Shown: piece by piece, positions 25,401 through 39,503 of the stretch
Numbering within the stretch: the first letter of the stretch is position 1
How the letters are laid out: each line of letters starts with the position of its first letter
Assembly (NCBI GenBank): GCA_046563655.1
Contig: CM102287.1
Location: 6,076,001 to 6,140,000, forward strand
DNA: 64,000 bases
Reading direction: 5' to 3'
Source: Yuukianura sp. NJ FZ-2021
Lineage: Eukaryota
Position numbers and translations under genes: made by a program
The notes under the pieces: model-generated
What the model was told of the DNA's origin: nothing
Seen by the model: only the letters and a program-made list of their open reading frames with translations
Database searches by the model: none

Positions 25401-26791
25401 TCAAAATATATCTAAATCCACCATTTCTTGTGTCAATGTCTCCAGGCGATCTACTGCCTTGACGCTCGTTTCCATTTGCATTCTCATAATTGGGAGAAGC
25501 ATTTCATCTTGTGTCATTGGCACAGCTTCTTTTGGTTGAGCTTCAGGATTCTGTGGATTCAGTTTCTCCATCATAGCAAGTACTTCTGGAATAGAAGTCC
25601 CAAGTTGCAGTGGAATTGCAAAGGCCATGTGACGATATGCGAAAGGAATGTTTTCATTGAATGTGTCCACAAATGATCCAAAAGTAAATCCAATTGGTAA
25701 ATGGATTTTGAGTTGCTTCAACATTAAACTGAAAGAGTCGTAATACTCTTTGAGCACTTGAGTGAGATGGCGACGTCTCAAGTCTGGCGTTGTGGAAGTG
25801 TAGACGGTGTACATTAAGTCTTCATAGATGTTTCCACGTCGCGTAAATTGAAAATCCAAAAATCTTATGGCGATGGGTTTTCCATGCTCGTTGTATTTGA
25901 ACAGAAAATTGTTTAGCCAAGCATCCCCGTGAATGATGACTGGGAAATATTTTGTATCTGTGTTGGCTATTGAGCCAATTTGAACCTCTGGATTTTCAGC
26001 TCCTCCGACCGTTCCCTTCAAATGCAATTTCAATCTTTGGTGTAAAGTTGAATTTCGTTTTTCTAATACTTCCAGTGCAATTTCCAAAGATTGCTGGATG
26101 ATACTACAAAACATAGGAATTTGGGGGTTGGGGGTTGAATCAAACTTGCTGTATCTGAAGTACTTAAATAGAAGTGCAAAAGTGCCATCAAAGATCTTCT
26201 CGCCTGTTAGTTAAGCATACAGAAAAAGTTTAAAATAAAAAAATTTTGAAGTAAAAAACAACGAAAATTTTAATAATAGCGGAATGAGATAGATTTCTTA
26301 CCTTCCCATTTAATAAACGCGTATGTCAAGGCATGGAACTTCCCCAGCTCTCGTATGGCCATCACCATTTCATCCACCGTCAGCCCAGAAAACTTGTCAG
26401 TCATTTGGAATCCTTGAATTCGAAGATCTTCCATACACAAGTAATCATCCAGAATTTCATCCCCTTTGTAGGCGGAATACAGATATGGAACAGGTAAATT
26501 GGCATGAACTCCCCGATTTTTAGCAAATTCAGTTAGACATGGAATCAGCGTCGAGTAGACCAAATTTTCGACTTTGAATGTTCCATTTTCCAGTGCCGTT
26601 TGTGTTACGCCTGAGGAGTTCTTGTCAATGTCCTTGAGAACAACATGAATGTCTTTTCCAGCAGTGGTTTTGACATGGATTGATCTTAGGCTTCCAGCCA
26701 TTCCATCTCCAGCTTTACATCCAGCAGAAACAGCAAATTCCGAGACGGATTCACCCACGAGTTGTTCGACTTTCGATTTATCTAATTCCAT
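25401..26791 (-). CDS. Ecdysteroid kinase-like (EcKL / CHK-domain) protein 2
   Basis: Exons 26791-26302 and 26203-25401. Motifs GDGMAG, LCMEDL, ELGKFHA, HGDAWLNNFLF, FLDFQ. Confidence 0.9.
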
Positions 26792-28499
26792 GATTCAGCG
26801 GCAGAGTTAAATCCGTGTTAATTTTCTGAAGATGAGTCACTCTTCCGCTAGCAAAACCAAATTAGGTCAAATTAACATTCGGAAACATGCACGTATTGGG
26901 CAAAACTAAAACTAGGCAATTACAATTATTTTAGTTGTAGCAAATGTTGAATAAAACTAAACCTTGCTGATAACCATTTTCACTTACATTTAACAAAAGG
27001 TATGTCAATCCAAAGTATAACAAAATTTTGGAGCCGACTTACAAAATAATTCGAAATCACGAAAAAGAATGAATCTGAAGTAAGATATATATGTGGATGC
27101 TGGTATGGTTCTGATGAAAGGATAGTAGATAACTGGAACAATTTAGTTAGAATACTAGAAAATGAAATGCAAAATCAGTTTGACCTTGTCACTTTTTTTT
27201 TCTACTGGACAAGACAATTTAGCTTGAATGGAATCATCTCTCTGTATACCATTTTTTGCCCTATAGATCCATTGTGAATCTTTTTTCTCTAAAAAGTACA
27301 AGCTCCACAACATCACATTTTTGCGATTCAAATATACAATTAAAAAATTTACGCCACGCACACTCTGCATTTTCTTTTTGAAATTAAATTGTCACTTCTT
27401 TGCCTTGTAATTGACACTTACTCAGTCTTAACTAAACTTTCAGTTTTTCAAAAATAAAATCGAAGTTTGGACGCTTGGAATTTCAATCAATAATTAAATC
27501 AACCAAAACAAATTTCTCACCTTATTATTGGTGCTTAACGCTTATTGTAATGTGAGAATTTAAACTTCTTCAGTATAAACAAACGAACTTTCAAGACTAA
27601 AAAGGTTCCGTCCGTTCAGTTTCACACTTTTAAAATAAATCTTGGTTCCTCATAACCTTTCCTCTTGAAAAACCTGTTTTACAAACATAATCCATTACCT
27701 TTCCAAATCACAGTTGTCTTACTCCGTGAAGGTCATACCTTATTCATAATAACATTCAAAAAACACATAAGATTACATACAGGAAACAATTTGACCTCTT
27801 CAGGTCATATGTCCCATCATCATTAAAATATCATTGGTTTGGGTTTTACGCTTCTTAAAAAGCAAAGCACCATGAAAAGTCTACTTTAGTTTTAACTAGT
27901 CAGTAGAAAGTTTATGTAAATCTAATAAGATTTACTTTTCTGATCTCGAGATAAACACTGTTGTTGATTTTAGCACTTTTCTTTTATTTAATTAATTGTT
28001 TGTGCGAAATATTTGCAAAAGCTGCTCAGAGCCAACGGCTTAAATCGCATGAGACCCAGCGACGCATAAAAACTGAAAGGAATTAAGTAGTTGATTTTTA
28101 GCAAAAACATTTTTTGGCACTTCCAGACGTCCATGTATTAATGGCGGCGAGAAAGGAAGGAAGTTTGCCACAACAGAAGTGTAGCAAAATGCTTCGGTTC
28201 AACGACGGAACTAAATGGACGAAATGAATGCGTTCGGAATGGCAATAACTCTGGCTGCCGCAATGCCAAATACTAAAAGGACTCGCTTCAATAATATTTG
28301 TATCTCAGCTTACCTAACTATGATCCCAATTAATTTCCGCTAATCTATGTCTAATTAACACTTAACATTTAGGAAGTCAAGTTGAGTCCATTTTTGTATA
28401 AAAGCACAAGTCCAATATCCAGTCAGCATCACATTTCAAACACCAGCAGCTCAGTTGACTAAACTAAAAATTTCAATCAGAGTTCAATTTAGCTTGATA

Positions 28500-29510
28500 A
28501 TGAAGTCCATTTTGGGATTGGTAAGAAACAAAGAGTGAAACGTCTAAAATCGGAAACCTATGAGTTTACTCCTAGCACAGAATTTTAGTGAACTTTCAGT
28601 TTTAAAGAATGAACTAAAGCAATATAAAAAGAATTCAAGGTGTAAAACAATGCAACAATTTGAAATTTTTTTAAATGTTTCAGTCCGCCCTAGCTGTGCT
28701 GACCTGGGTCAACTTAGTTTCAGGAGGAGGGCATGGACATGGTCACCATGGAAACGCACTTTCCTACCAGCAACAGCTTGGTGGTGTAGCTGGACATGGA
28801 CATGGACATGGGTATGGACATGGACACGGACATCATGGACATGATTATTATGTAAGTTCCGGTGAATGACTTTCCATTTCCTGCATTTACGAAAAAATTC
28901 AAAACCTAAAAAGAAAGTCAATTTCAGTTCGTGGTTGAAACTTGAATTGAACGTAACATTAATTCCATTAATTAATTGCACAATGTTTTCCACGTTCTAG
29001 GCTAAACCACATTACCAGTATAGCTACGGTAAGTGAAATAAAATTTAACTAAACTAATCAAATTATTCTAAATCTAAATATATTATACAAATTTTGTTAA
29101 AATTAATTATAATTTTAGGTGTTAATGACCACCACACTGGAGATGTTAAGAACGCTGCTGAGCAAAGGTAAGTAAAACACACTGAAGTAACAACTTTTCA
29201 CCTTTGGTTTCAAAGATGACCTTTGACCTAACAAATAACACTTTTTGTTTTACTTTCATCTCAGAGACGGTGAGAACGTGAAGGGACACTACGCTCTCCG
29301 TGAACCTGATGGATCATGGCGAACGGGTAATTTTCTAAAAAAAAAAAAAACAAACAGCAAAATTCGCTTTGAAATTAAAATACTTTATCATTTTTTTTCT
29401 TTTTCACAGTTCACTACGTTGCCGACTACGATGGATTCAGAGCCAACGTTGTACGGACTGGCAATGCGCACGGTCACGGACATGGATATGGACATGGCAT
29501 TGGCAAGTAA
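28500..29510 (+). CDS. His/Gly-rich cuticular protein, RR-2 chitin-binding (Rebers-Riddiford) family
   Basis: Six exons encode a signal peptide, GH repeats, then [65 protein letters not shown] at 28397. Confidence 0.92.
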
Positions 29511-30263
29511 ATGCCAAAACATGTTCAATTCAAAACTTCTCTGAATACTCAACAATCTTAGTCATTTCGTTACGGTTGTGGGAACTCCTCTTTAAATAAG
29601 TGTCAAATAAAACGCAGTCGTACTTAACAAAAATACTAAACATAATATCTGTATAGTAAGCAGTTAAATTCAATTTCAAAACTAAAATTTAAAACGTGGC
29701 TCCATTTTAAACTTTGTTTGTCGAAATCCTCTTTGTGACAAGCCAGGATGAAAGTATACAAGTTAAAAATCTTCTCGGAAGAAAGATTTTGTTAAATGCA
29801 TTTTTTGTGCATTATGAAATTATGATTCACATGCATGTGAATATGACGCTTGAAGATGAGCTATTATTTAATGAAGTTAGGTTGAGTGGGTGACTATTGT
29901 GTTTGACGTTCGGCCTTCGAAAACAAAGCTGAGTGTGGTGATTAGTGATGGGTATCTAATGATGATAGTCCATGAGTCCATCGTACATCGTCCAAAGTTC
30001 AGTTAACGTCTGTCACCTTGGTTGTCAAGAGGAGGAATCATTTCATTTCTACTGGACAAATTCCATAACAATTTTACTCGTTAGGGAGTTGCTGCCTTCC
30101 TGGTTTAGCATTGGCAGAGGGATTGCAGGCTCGTATAAAAAGCAAAACCAATTTGCGATTTTTTTTTCTCGAATATAATCTCTGAAGGCCACGCACTTTC
30201 AGTTTCAGTAAAAGAGAGAATCACTACATTACAACGTCTCTGTAGCATTGAGCTGCAGAAATC

Positions 30264-31563
30264 ATGATGGAGACAATTAAAAAGTACTTAAAAATTGTAC
30301 TTATTAAAATAGTGATTTTAAGTATTGCGGCATTCTACGGTTCCATCGTTGCCCTTAAGTTGTTGTACTCCAGACTCAGGTTTGGACCAGAGTACTTTCG
30401 TGTCAAGGAACGCACACTTCCGCCGGCATGTCTACAGGACCCGGCATTTAAGCACTCGTACATCAAAGTTAAAGTAAGTTAATTAGCTTTCTCCTCATTT
30501 CACACTTCAAATAACTTCTCCGAAGAAAAAATATTTTGAAGTAATTTGTTTTTATAAATTCTACTTTAGGATGTCAAACTCCACGTGGTTGAGGCTGGAG
30601 ATCGATCGAAGCCGCTAATGCTTTTTGTCCATGGATTTCCAGAATTTTGGTTTAGCTGGAGACATCAGTTGAAGCATTTTTCCAAGGACTATTGGGTTGT
30701 GGCCTTTGACATGAGAGGCTATGGAGACTCTGACAAACCTAAAGGAGTTTCCAGCTACAAATGCGACAATTTAGTCGGCGACGTTGTCAACTTAGTCCAA
30801 GCGTTGGGCAAGAAAAATTGCATTTTGGTGGGACATGATTGGGGTGGAGTTGTGTGCTGGCTTACTGCAGCGACATCTTCAAGTGCCTCAGTAGTTGACA
30901 AACTTATTATCCTCAATGCTCCGCATCCGAGAGCCTTCCAGGAGAAAATCCGAAGCAGCTGGAAACAGTTTTTCAAATCTTGGTAAATTATAAAGATAAA
31001 GATTTCGCCTGAATTATAAATGAAAACATGAATAATATTTTAATTCAAATTTTAAAATATTCCAGGTACACGTTCTTCTTTCAATTGCCAATCTTGCCAG
31101 AGATCTTTGGATTGCAAAATGATCTAGAGATATTCGATAGGCTATTTGTTAAAAGTGATGGCTCACCGCTTGAAACGGATGTACAGGAAGCTTACAAGTA
31201 CACCTTCTCGAAATGCGGTGAAATTTTTTTTACCTTAATCAAACAAACAACCAGAATTTGAAAAGTAAACTAATTTTGTCCATTACAGAGAGCTGGACAC
31301 CTCCAATCAATTTCTACCGAGCGAAATTGACTGCAACCGAGGTGTATAATCAAGAGGTTTTAAAAATGCCAAAGATTGGACAGCCAACGTTGGTTATTTG
31401 GGGCGAAAAAGACGTGGCTTTGGAACCTGACTTTCCTGAGCGATCCATTGCTTACTGCACAGGAGTGACTGAAATTCATCGAATCAAAAATGGAAATCAT
31501 TTTATCCAAACTGATCGTCCAGAAGAAGTTAACGCTGCCATTGCAAAGTTCTTAAAAGTCTAG
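30264..31563 (+). CDS. EPHX4: Epoxide hydrolase 4-like alpha/beta hydrolase
   Basis: N-terminal anchor, HGFPEFWFSWRHQ, DMRGYGDS, nucleophile GHDWGG, IWGEKD, catalytic His in GNHFIQ; 4 exons. Confidence 0.9.
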
Positions 31564-32288
31564 AACTACGCGCTAAGGATTACATAGTAAAGAAAAGTAA
31601 AGGATAAATTGTGCCGAAATTTATTATCCATTAAAACAATTTTATTGTCCAAAGGTCAAAATGGTGCTGATAATTGTCTACATTCTAAATTCAGCTAAAA
31701 GTCGAATAAAATTTGAATAAAACAATATTACCTAAATCTAGGTTGTGCTATAATAGTTTATTAACAGTGAATTCTGACAAATAAATAGTTGTCATAAATT
31801 TATATACCAATTTGATACGGGTAAATTTAACGCTTTTCGTACAAAGATAAACTTATAGTTACATATAGTTCGTTATTATGTTTTAGGCTGTCTTATGGAG
31901 TGTATTCAAAATTAAAAACAGTTTACTAATTTTCTAACTTTTTGTATTTGAGAATTGAGAATTGGAAAACGCGTATTACTATATGCGAGAAAATACGGTA
32001 GTGTGTGAGCGATGAGATAGACGATGAGAGAACCAACGAATACAATTGTGGGACATCTACCTTAGGTCAACCCGCTTCAAAATTAGACGTAAAGAGATAA
32101 ACTTTTGAAAATAAACTGGATCAGCTGGATTGGATTTTGTGTGACTCAATTTAATTTACATATAGTAAATTAATTTGACAAATTAAACTAAACTTAAACT
32201 TTAGTAAAACCAATTAATATATCGCGATTGTGTTTGATACTTTGTTCGAGTTTGAGGTTGCAACAATTCAGTATTTTTAGGATTTACG

Positions 32289-34012
32289 ATGTCGTACCTA
32301 AGATTTGTCATCCTAGTTCTTCGTAAGTAAATCAAGTATGACACATTCTTTCGTGTGATATTGATGATGTAGTTAATTAATCTTTGATGTTTTTAAGTTC
32401 CACAACAACTGTTTTGCCTGGGAGAAAGACTCGTTTTGACCTCAGACTCTCCCGCGATACGTGGAGCACCGGTCACCTTCATGGCGCAGTTAGAAAATCC
32501 GTTTTACAATGAATACACGATCGTCTTTCAAGAGAATTACCCTTATAGTCAATATAATAAGGTTTGAAAACGTTTCCGAAAACAGTTTTATTCCTCACAT
32601 TTGAGAAAACAGCTTTATGAATGGGGTATCATCTAATAAGTCATGTTTTTATTTATTATTTTATTAGACGACTTTGGCGAGTTTAAATGACTTCCGTGCG
32701 AATTGGACGCTAGCATATGAAAATGCCAAACCTGCAGGAACCTACACCATTACGGTCACGGTGACGTACAAGTTTCTGGTCGAGATCCCTGTGGCGTGGG
32801 GACTGTGCACCTATGAAATTACTCGTACACGAATTTAATTTCTTAGTATATTTTGGTGTGAAATCTTGCTGTTGTATCCGTTTAATAATTATGCAGTATT
32901 ATCTTGAAGGAAACTTCACCGGAGAACTTGAAGTTCATCAACCCGGAGTGCCTAGGAAGCAGCCATTGTCTGTCTCGACACTGAATGAAACCGAACTGTC
33001 TTTGAAGATCCATGATCCATCAAACTACTTGGACACGGCATTAGATGTGAAGTACACATGGATTCTTAATAATACAGTTCTTGCCAATTTCTCTTCTTCC
33101 ACATTGAATACGAATTTCACGAAGGAATTTACCTATCCAGTAACCGTGAATGTCACAGCAATTTTCAACGAGACAGGGAAACCGATAATCAAGTATGGTT
33201 CGTTCTCCCAAAATATTAGTGCCAAAGGTATGTGACTTACAACAAGGTATTATCAAAATCTATTTTGTTACCAGCGAAGATGATAACTAATTTCACTTAT
33301 TTCAGTGCCTATAGTTAATTTCACTGTTAATGGAGCTACGTGGTTCCGCCATGGCAAATTGCTTGATCTCACGGTCACCTGCGATGGAACTCCACCCTAC
33401 GAATACTGCTGGATGTTCAAGTACGGTCCATACAACCACACGGGGAACGAAACTTGCGAACCAACTGTAACAACAGATTGTACAATTCATATCAGTCGTT
33501 ACTTTGAAGCTGGGACGTACAACTTGATTATGTTGATCAACAATGATGTTGGAAAGATCTTGAATCAAACGGGAATCCATGTATACAAAACTACGAGGAA
33601 GCCTCAACTCTCTGTCATCATTGTTCCCATTTCTTTCACGTTAGTTGCCATTGTTCTTGTCATCTTTGGAGTTGCCTACTACTGGGAGAATCACATGAAG
33701 TAAGGAAAACCTAAAATTCGTAATTTTTAAATGAGAGTTTTTAGCTGATGAGCATTCCAAAAGCCCTAATTTTCTGCAACATCGCACTTACTGATCTCTT
33801 CATTGTGTTTTAGGTATTCTGTGGAAGTTGCAGATTTCGATTTTGGTCAGTTCGAAGAATCTCAATATGTTCGATTTTTGGATCGCCTTCGAGATGCAGT
33901 ATCGACGTCTATGAGATTACGTGCGGGAAGTGGAAGAGATCCACTCATTTCTGCAGACAGCGACTCAAACGTCTATGATTATGGAGCTACTAATAACGAT
34001 CCCAAGTTCTAG
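32289..34012 (+). CDS. TMEM130: TMEM130-like PKD-domain type I membrane protein
   Basis: Signal peptide exon, SDSPAIRGAPVTF, LKIHDPSNY, CDGTPPYEYCW, one TM segment, then cytosolic VEVADFDF; 6 exons. Confidence 0.75.
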
Positions 34013-35036
34013 CAATGAAAAACCGATGACACTTGGCAACATTAATTTATGGTTTCTAAGTTAATTAGGTTAAATATTTAAAGACTGAAACATGTTTTCT
34101 AGTTTGTAATGTTGATTGTAAGGAATCATCCTTCTCGGACACAGATCAGTTAGCATTGTTTGATGGCAAAAAGTTTCTTACACAAGGTTGAAGATTCCTC
34201 AAATAAGGCAACATCTGACGTTCAGATGCTTGTAGCGCTATATTGAAGCAAATTGCTTAAAACTCCATGACTTTCATTTAGACTTTTGGTGACATCAAAT
34301 TCTTTTTTCAAACAAACTTTGTACTCAACTCTCAGTCAGAACAGAATAGAATGAAAATCGGAAATAAACCAAAGACGCTAACTTTCACGCTAAACTTTTA
34401 GTTGTCCACTTACCATTTTTTGGTGCTAGTTCAGCGTTACTGAATTACTTCTTTTAAATAAAACTTTGTTAAGTTTTACAATTTTATTTTGAAATCACTC
34501 GATGAAGAGTCAATACTTACTTTATACGTTTTGAAAAACTTTGAGAATTGAATGAGTACACGACCTTTCCTAACATTAGTAACGCTGAATTTGAACTTTG
34601 ATTTCCTTCAGTTGTGATGTTGACCTTTTAAGCAATTGAATTCGATACGGTTAAGTAGCGCCTCGCCTGGCTTCAATTTAATTTGATTTCCTTCTCTTAA
34701 ATGTGTCGCTCCTTTCAAATGTTACGCAAAGTTTAATATGCCTTTTTGCAATCACTACAAATTCACTGAACCGAAAACACAGACGCGTGCTAAAAACCTT
34801 CAGTAGCAAAGCGGACTAAATCACGCTTTTCTGCTAAGAAAAAACAACAAAAGTTTGAATTGCAATGCGAATGTTATGTAAACTTTGATGTGAATTCACG
34901 CTTGATTGAAACAGGTCGAAGAGCTTATGTCAATCTTGATTGATATAAAAGGTGTTAACTCCATGTTTCACTTCAGTAACAAATCTGAGTCTGGTTAATA
35001 ACTAATTCAAAACTTTGCATTTAAATAAGCAGCAAA

Positions 35037-35673
35037 ATGTTTAAGGTATTTTTGAAAACATTTTTAAATTGAAACAGTTTCAGCATTAAATTTATTTTGG
35101 TGTACTTTGCAGATTTGGATTTTGTTGGCGATTTGTGGAGTAGCGTCAATTCCATCGGCAACAGCCAAAGGCGCATATTCTCACCAAAATCAGAATTCGT
35201 ATGGTGGGCACGGTGGCTATTTAGGTGGAGGAGGCGGTTATGGTGGAGACTATGCAGTAAAACTTTTTCAAAATTTTGGGTGACAAGACATTTTCGATAC
35301 AATCTTTATGTTTTGACTTTAGGCTTACCCTAAGTACCAATTTGGTTATGCCGTAAATGACCACTACACTGGAGATGTGAAGCATCATAAAGAAAGTCGT
35401 GACGGTGACAAGGTTACGGGCGAGTACTCCTTGATTGAGCCAGACGGAGGCAGACGGACAGGTTAAATAAATTAATATAGTTAATGTAAATAATATAATT
35501 TAATTAACGGTTTATGCAATTTTGGCCCATGCTGAAAGGACATAAGCGGCATTTTTTTAAATGTTCTTTGAAATTGTTTTCCAGTGACCTACGTTGCAGA
35601 TCATACGGGATTCCACCCAACGGTGCATCGCAGTGGCCATGGGCATGGACATGGTGGTCACGGTGGATATTAA
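35037..35673 (+). CDS. Cuticular protein, RR-2 family
   Basis: Four exons: MFK / signal peptide plus GGY / [45 protein letters not shown] / [10 protein letters not shown]...GH tail; TATAAAA at ~34944. Confidence 0.92.
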
Positions 35674-36015
35674 TTTACGTTTTTGCTGTATGTATGCAGT
35701 TTAATCTGTGATACCGTCTCAGCGAAAATATTTTTTTAGTAGCGGTGGTGGTTCGTAATAAATGAAATGCAAAACATAAAGTTAAATTGAGCGTGAAGGA
35801 AAGGGAAACCGAGCCTGCAAATGACAATTTTTAGCATAGATACATTTAACAGATTTGCGGCTGAGCATTCAGTATTAATTAAAACGTTTAATCTACAATC
35901 TTTGAGTTATATAGTGTACACTACATCGGAATGCTCGAAAGCAACGGCTTTTATAAAAGGTTCCTTCTACCGCCGCGTAACAAAACATTTTCAGTTTCAC
36001 CTTGTACATTTAACA

Positions 36016-36984
36016 ATGAAAACTTCAGTGATAATTTTGAGTAGGCAATTCATTGGTCCCGTTTTGACAAGTTTTGTTTTAGTACTATGGACAGAAGCCA
36101 TTTTAATTCGCGGCCCGTTTTTAAGTTTTTTACAAAACCCATTTGGAAATAGTGAACAAAGTACGTCACCGGCGCCTCCGCCTGCTAGTAGTTATCAAGC
36201 AGATTCTCGAAAGACGAAATGGATTTTGGGCAATAGTTTTCCAATGGAGTCACAGTCGTATGCTCCGTTCCGAAGTCAAGGTCAAACTCAAGGTCAATCC
36301 ATGTCGGACTTCAATCGGAAACCAAAAATGGAAAACCCGTTGGCGAATTTGATGCGGAAATGGACCGGGCAGTCGGCAAAAGCAGAACAAGTTCCAACCC
36401 CAGTTCAAGTACAGTGTTGTCTTAGACAAACTGCCTCGGGCTTATTTAAGCAAGAAACGCCTGGAATTCAGGTATTGATGCCAAAACAAACACAAATTTA
36501 CAAGCCACCATTTTCAAATGTCAACAGCATTCGCAGCACTGGTTCTGTCAAAGATTTTGAGCCGTCCTACAACATACAACTTCCTGAGTATAAATGTAAA
36601 CGTAAGTTCAAAATAAGGAAGGCTAGTTTCACAAAATACAGAGAATTCAAGGGACTTGATAAAGCGAAAGTTTACACTAGTTCTTGCGACCGTTTTCACG
36701 TGTAATTAATTTCAGATCGGCAAAGTGATCGGTCCAGTAGCCCTGCCAAACATCAATCGCAGGCTGCAAGGAAGCCTAAACCGTCTGAACTTGAAATAGT
36801 TCCCAGGCATATGCAGCCAAAAACCAGTTTTGCAGAATTCTATAGCTCTGAAAAGAAAAATGATGCTGAAAAACGCTTCAAAAATGAAATTGAGCAACTC
36901 AAACGCGAAGTTCCTAAACCAGTGGAAGATATTCCTGAGCCTTTTAGATCATGGATTCTAGACTGGGATAGTAAAGCTGCTTGA
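36016..36984 (+). CDS. Uncharacterised, probably secreted Ser/Gln/Pro/Lys-rich protein
   Basis: ATG 36016 lies downstream of TATAAAA (35952) and TCAGTT (35991). Exon 1 runs to 36601 (GTAAGT donor); exon 2 36716-36984 is open in phase 1. Hydrophobic N-terminal segment. Confidence 0.6.
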
Positions 36985-37399
36985 TTTTTATTAAGCAAAG
37001 TGTTGTGTTGTGTTGGCTATGTTGTTAAATTTGTAAGACTGTAAATTGTTTTTAATACAGCTTTTTTTTTGGTTGATTTCGGTAGAAATTGAAATAAATT
37101 CTCGTGCTTGTATTATACATTAATATAATTATAATATTTACTGTACTATATTCATATTCCAGTATATATATATTACCACATAATATATTTTACTACATAT
37201 TTTACTATACGCTAAAGGGATTCGTAAAGCGGCAAATTGAACTGAAGGTTGTCTTGAACCAAGGCGACGAAATATTACATCCTATACTACAGAAATACGT
37301 ATACGATAATGTAATATTAGAATTATTTCTAAAAGCGCAAAAATAATAATATTAGACATAGTACATTTTAAACTGAATTTTTACTGATGTTACAGTAAC

Positions 37400-38854
37400 T
37401 TAATTAGAATTGAATTGGATTAGCACAATTGTATAGGTGATGATAATTCCAAGAATCTGTAAAAATACAACAAATTTCAACAAGTCAAGTTACTATTTAG
37501 TTGTTCGAACACAGTGTACAATTTTTAAGATTGTCGATTACTGTTGTCAGCGTTGATTTTCCCAGGACAAAGTAGCCGCACGGAGAAATTTGGAAATTGA
37601 CATTTGAAACGTACAGCTTTAAATCTTTCAACAAATTTCCTTCACTCTTTGGTTCTACGTCAGAGCGCATTTCAAGAACGATTTCCTTTAACTTGTTGTA
37701 CTTTAAAAACCAGCACAATCAGTCTAATTAGTCGTCGATTATGAAACCAATAAATAAAAAATGGGTAAAAAAAATCAAATGCATGGACAACTTACTGCGT
37801 CCTGTATCATTTGTCCACAATTTGCCAATACAATTAGTCGACAGATAGTGGTTGCTGTAAAAGGTGGAATTGCTATGAGAAACGCCGAAGGGAACTCGAC
37901 TCCGTTGACAACCATACGCAACGTAAGGAATGACAAGTTGCAAATAATGGCAGCTCCAAGTGCCATGTATATCAAGAATAATCTTTCGGTTCCAGCAATG
38001 AATTCAAAAAATACATGTCTGAGCGCCTTTAATTTTTCAAAAACGACAAGTACGTTATTAGATTGGCATTCGCCTATAGGTAAACGTTCTGAACTGGACC
38101 AAGCAAGGATTGAAGACGTAGTCTCGAATAGTTGTGTCTTTTGATCATTACCCCCTCTTATGACACCACTCTTCAAATGTTGTCCAAGGTCTTCAAAACG
38201 CTTGGAAATGACTAGTGTTGACATCAAAATGGCAATATGAGCAAGAGTAGTGGTGGATGTGACTAGCATATAATGGAATAAGATCACTACTCGAAGTATG
38301 GTATTCCATGCAGCGTTTGCCAAGTTTTCTGGAAGCCTCCAACCGCCGTTAGTCACACCGAGCTGAACAGTGACCTCGGACTGTGCAAAGTTCATGATCC
38401 AAGTTACGATCCACGTGAGCAGAATGACTGTCTGATTCCAACCGACCAATTTGATGTTGTTGTTGATGTTTTCGTTTTGTAGTCCGAAGACTTTGTCGTA
38501 ATGTTCCAAAGATTTCCAAATCTTGACTAGTTTCGGAATTGATGAAATCCAGAGAACGTAGTGCATTTCGTAAAACACTTCACCAAGTAATACCAGCATG
38601 CCAAACACTTTGGACTGGAATTCAACGTTTTTAGTGAGAAGAGCATCTTGGAGAACCATTATTTGGAGCCTGAACCCTAGAAATGTGCAAGCTAGATTGA
38701 AAGATGTAAGTAGAAGCCACCAGAGCAAGTGAACGTTGCTGCGGATCCACTTTAAACAGAATCTTGGGTACATGTACAATTCGGATTCTACTGGAAACTG
38801 ACCAAGGACTTTAAGAAGCTTCCACAGAGCGTCAAAAAATTGCAAATCTTTCAT
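37400..38854 (-). CDS. Gustatory receptor, array member A
   Basis: Exons 38854-37796, 37700-37542 and 37456-37400; ISPCGYFVLGKS and ILGIIITYTIVLIQF. Confidence 0.9.
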
Positions 38855-39503
38855 TTTTGATACAAAAGCGCTCACTTTTAGTTGTTAACAGTCAACCATT
38901 CAAGCTGCAAGTGCGCCTAGAATTTTAATTCAGTTCGCCGTAATTGTTATATTAAATGAGTTTTTTTTTGAGAAATGTAATGTTTGTTACTATACTTCAT
39001 GTAACCATTCCAAGAAGGGCTGCGAATGTACGCAACGAAATGGAACCAGTATAGGGTTTGCTTTTCCATTGTTAGTTTTATCAACAAAGTGGGAAGAAAT
39101 TGAAATTTTGTTCTATCAATTTAATTTTTAGTGAAGAGAGACACTGACCGAAAATGAAAAACCATTTTTGATGTACTTCAGCAGAGCACTTAAATTTTTT
39201 GTTTGGGTATCCATCCATTTTGGAAATTGTTCTCATTTTTCTCTTTCACTAGTTATTCTTTCCATTAAGTATTTAACATCTTTGCACACTAATATCAAAG
39301 ATTCATTTCCCTTATTATGTGGTAGTGGTAATTTTTTTGTTGACACGTTATGATGTTTAATGGTTTCCCGTTGAAATCCCAAATTCAAATTTGATAAACA
39401 TTGGATACATCTTAACCGGAATTTAAATTTAAACTAATAATAAAAATTAATCCGTACAATGCAGCAGAGAAGGAAATTTAGCGAAGATAACTTTTAAAGA
39501 TCT

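Noticed and set aside
35821..36015. First 65 codons of the 294-aa ORF
   Set aside because: They span the TATA and Inr-like motifs; ATG 36016 is the more plausible start.
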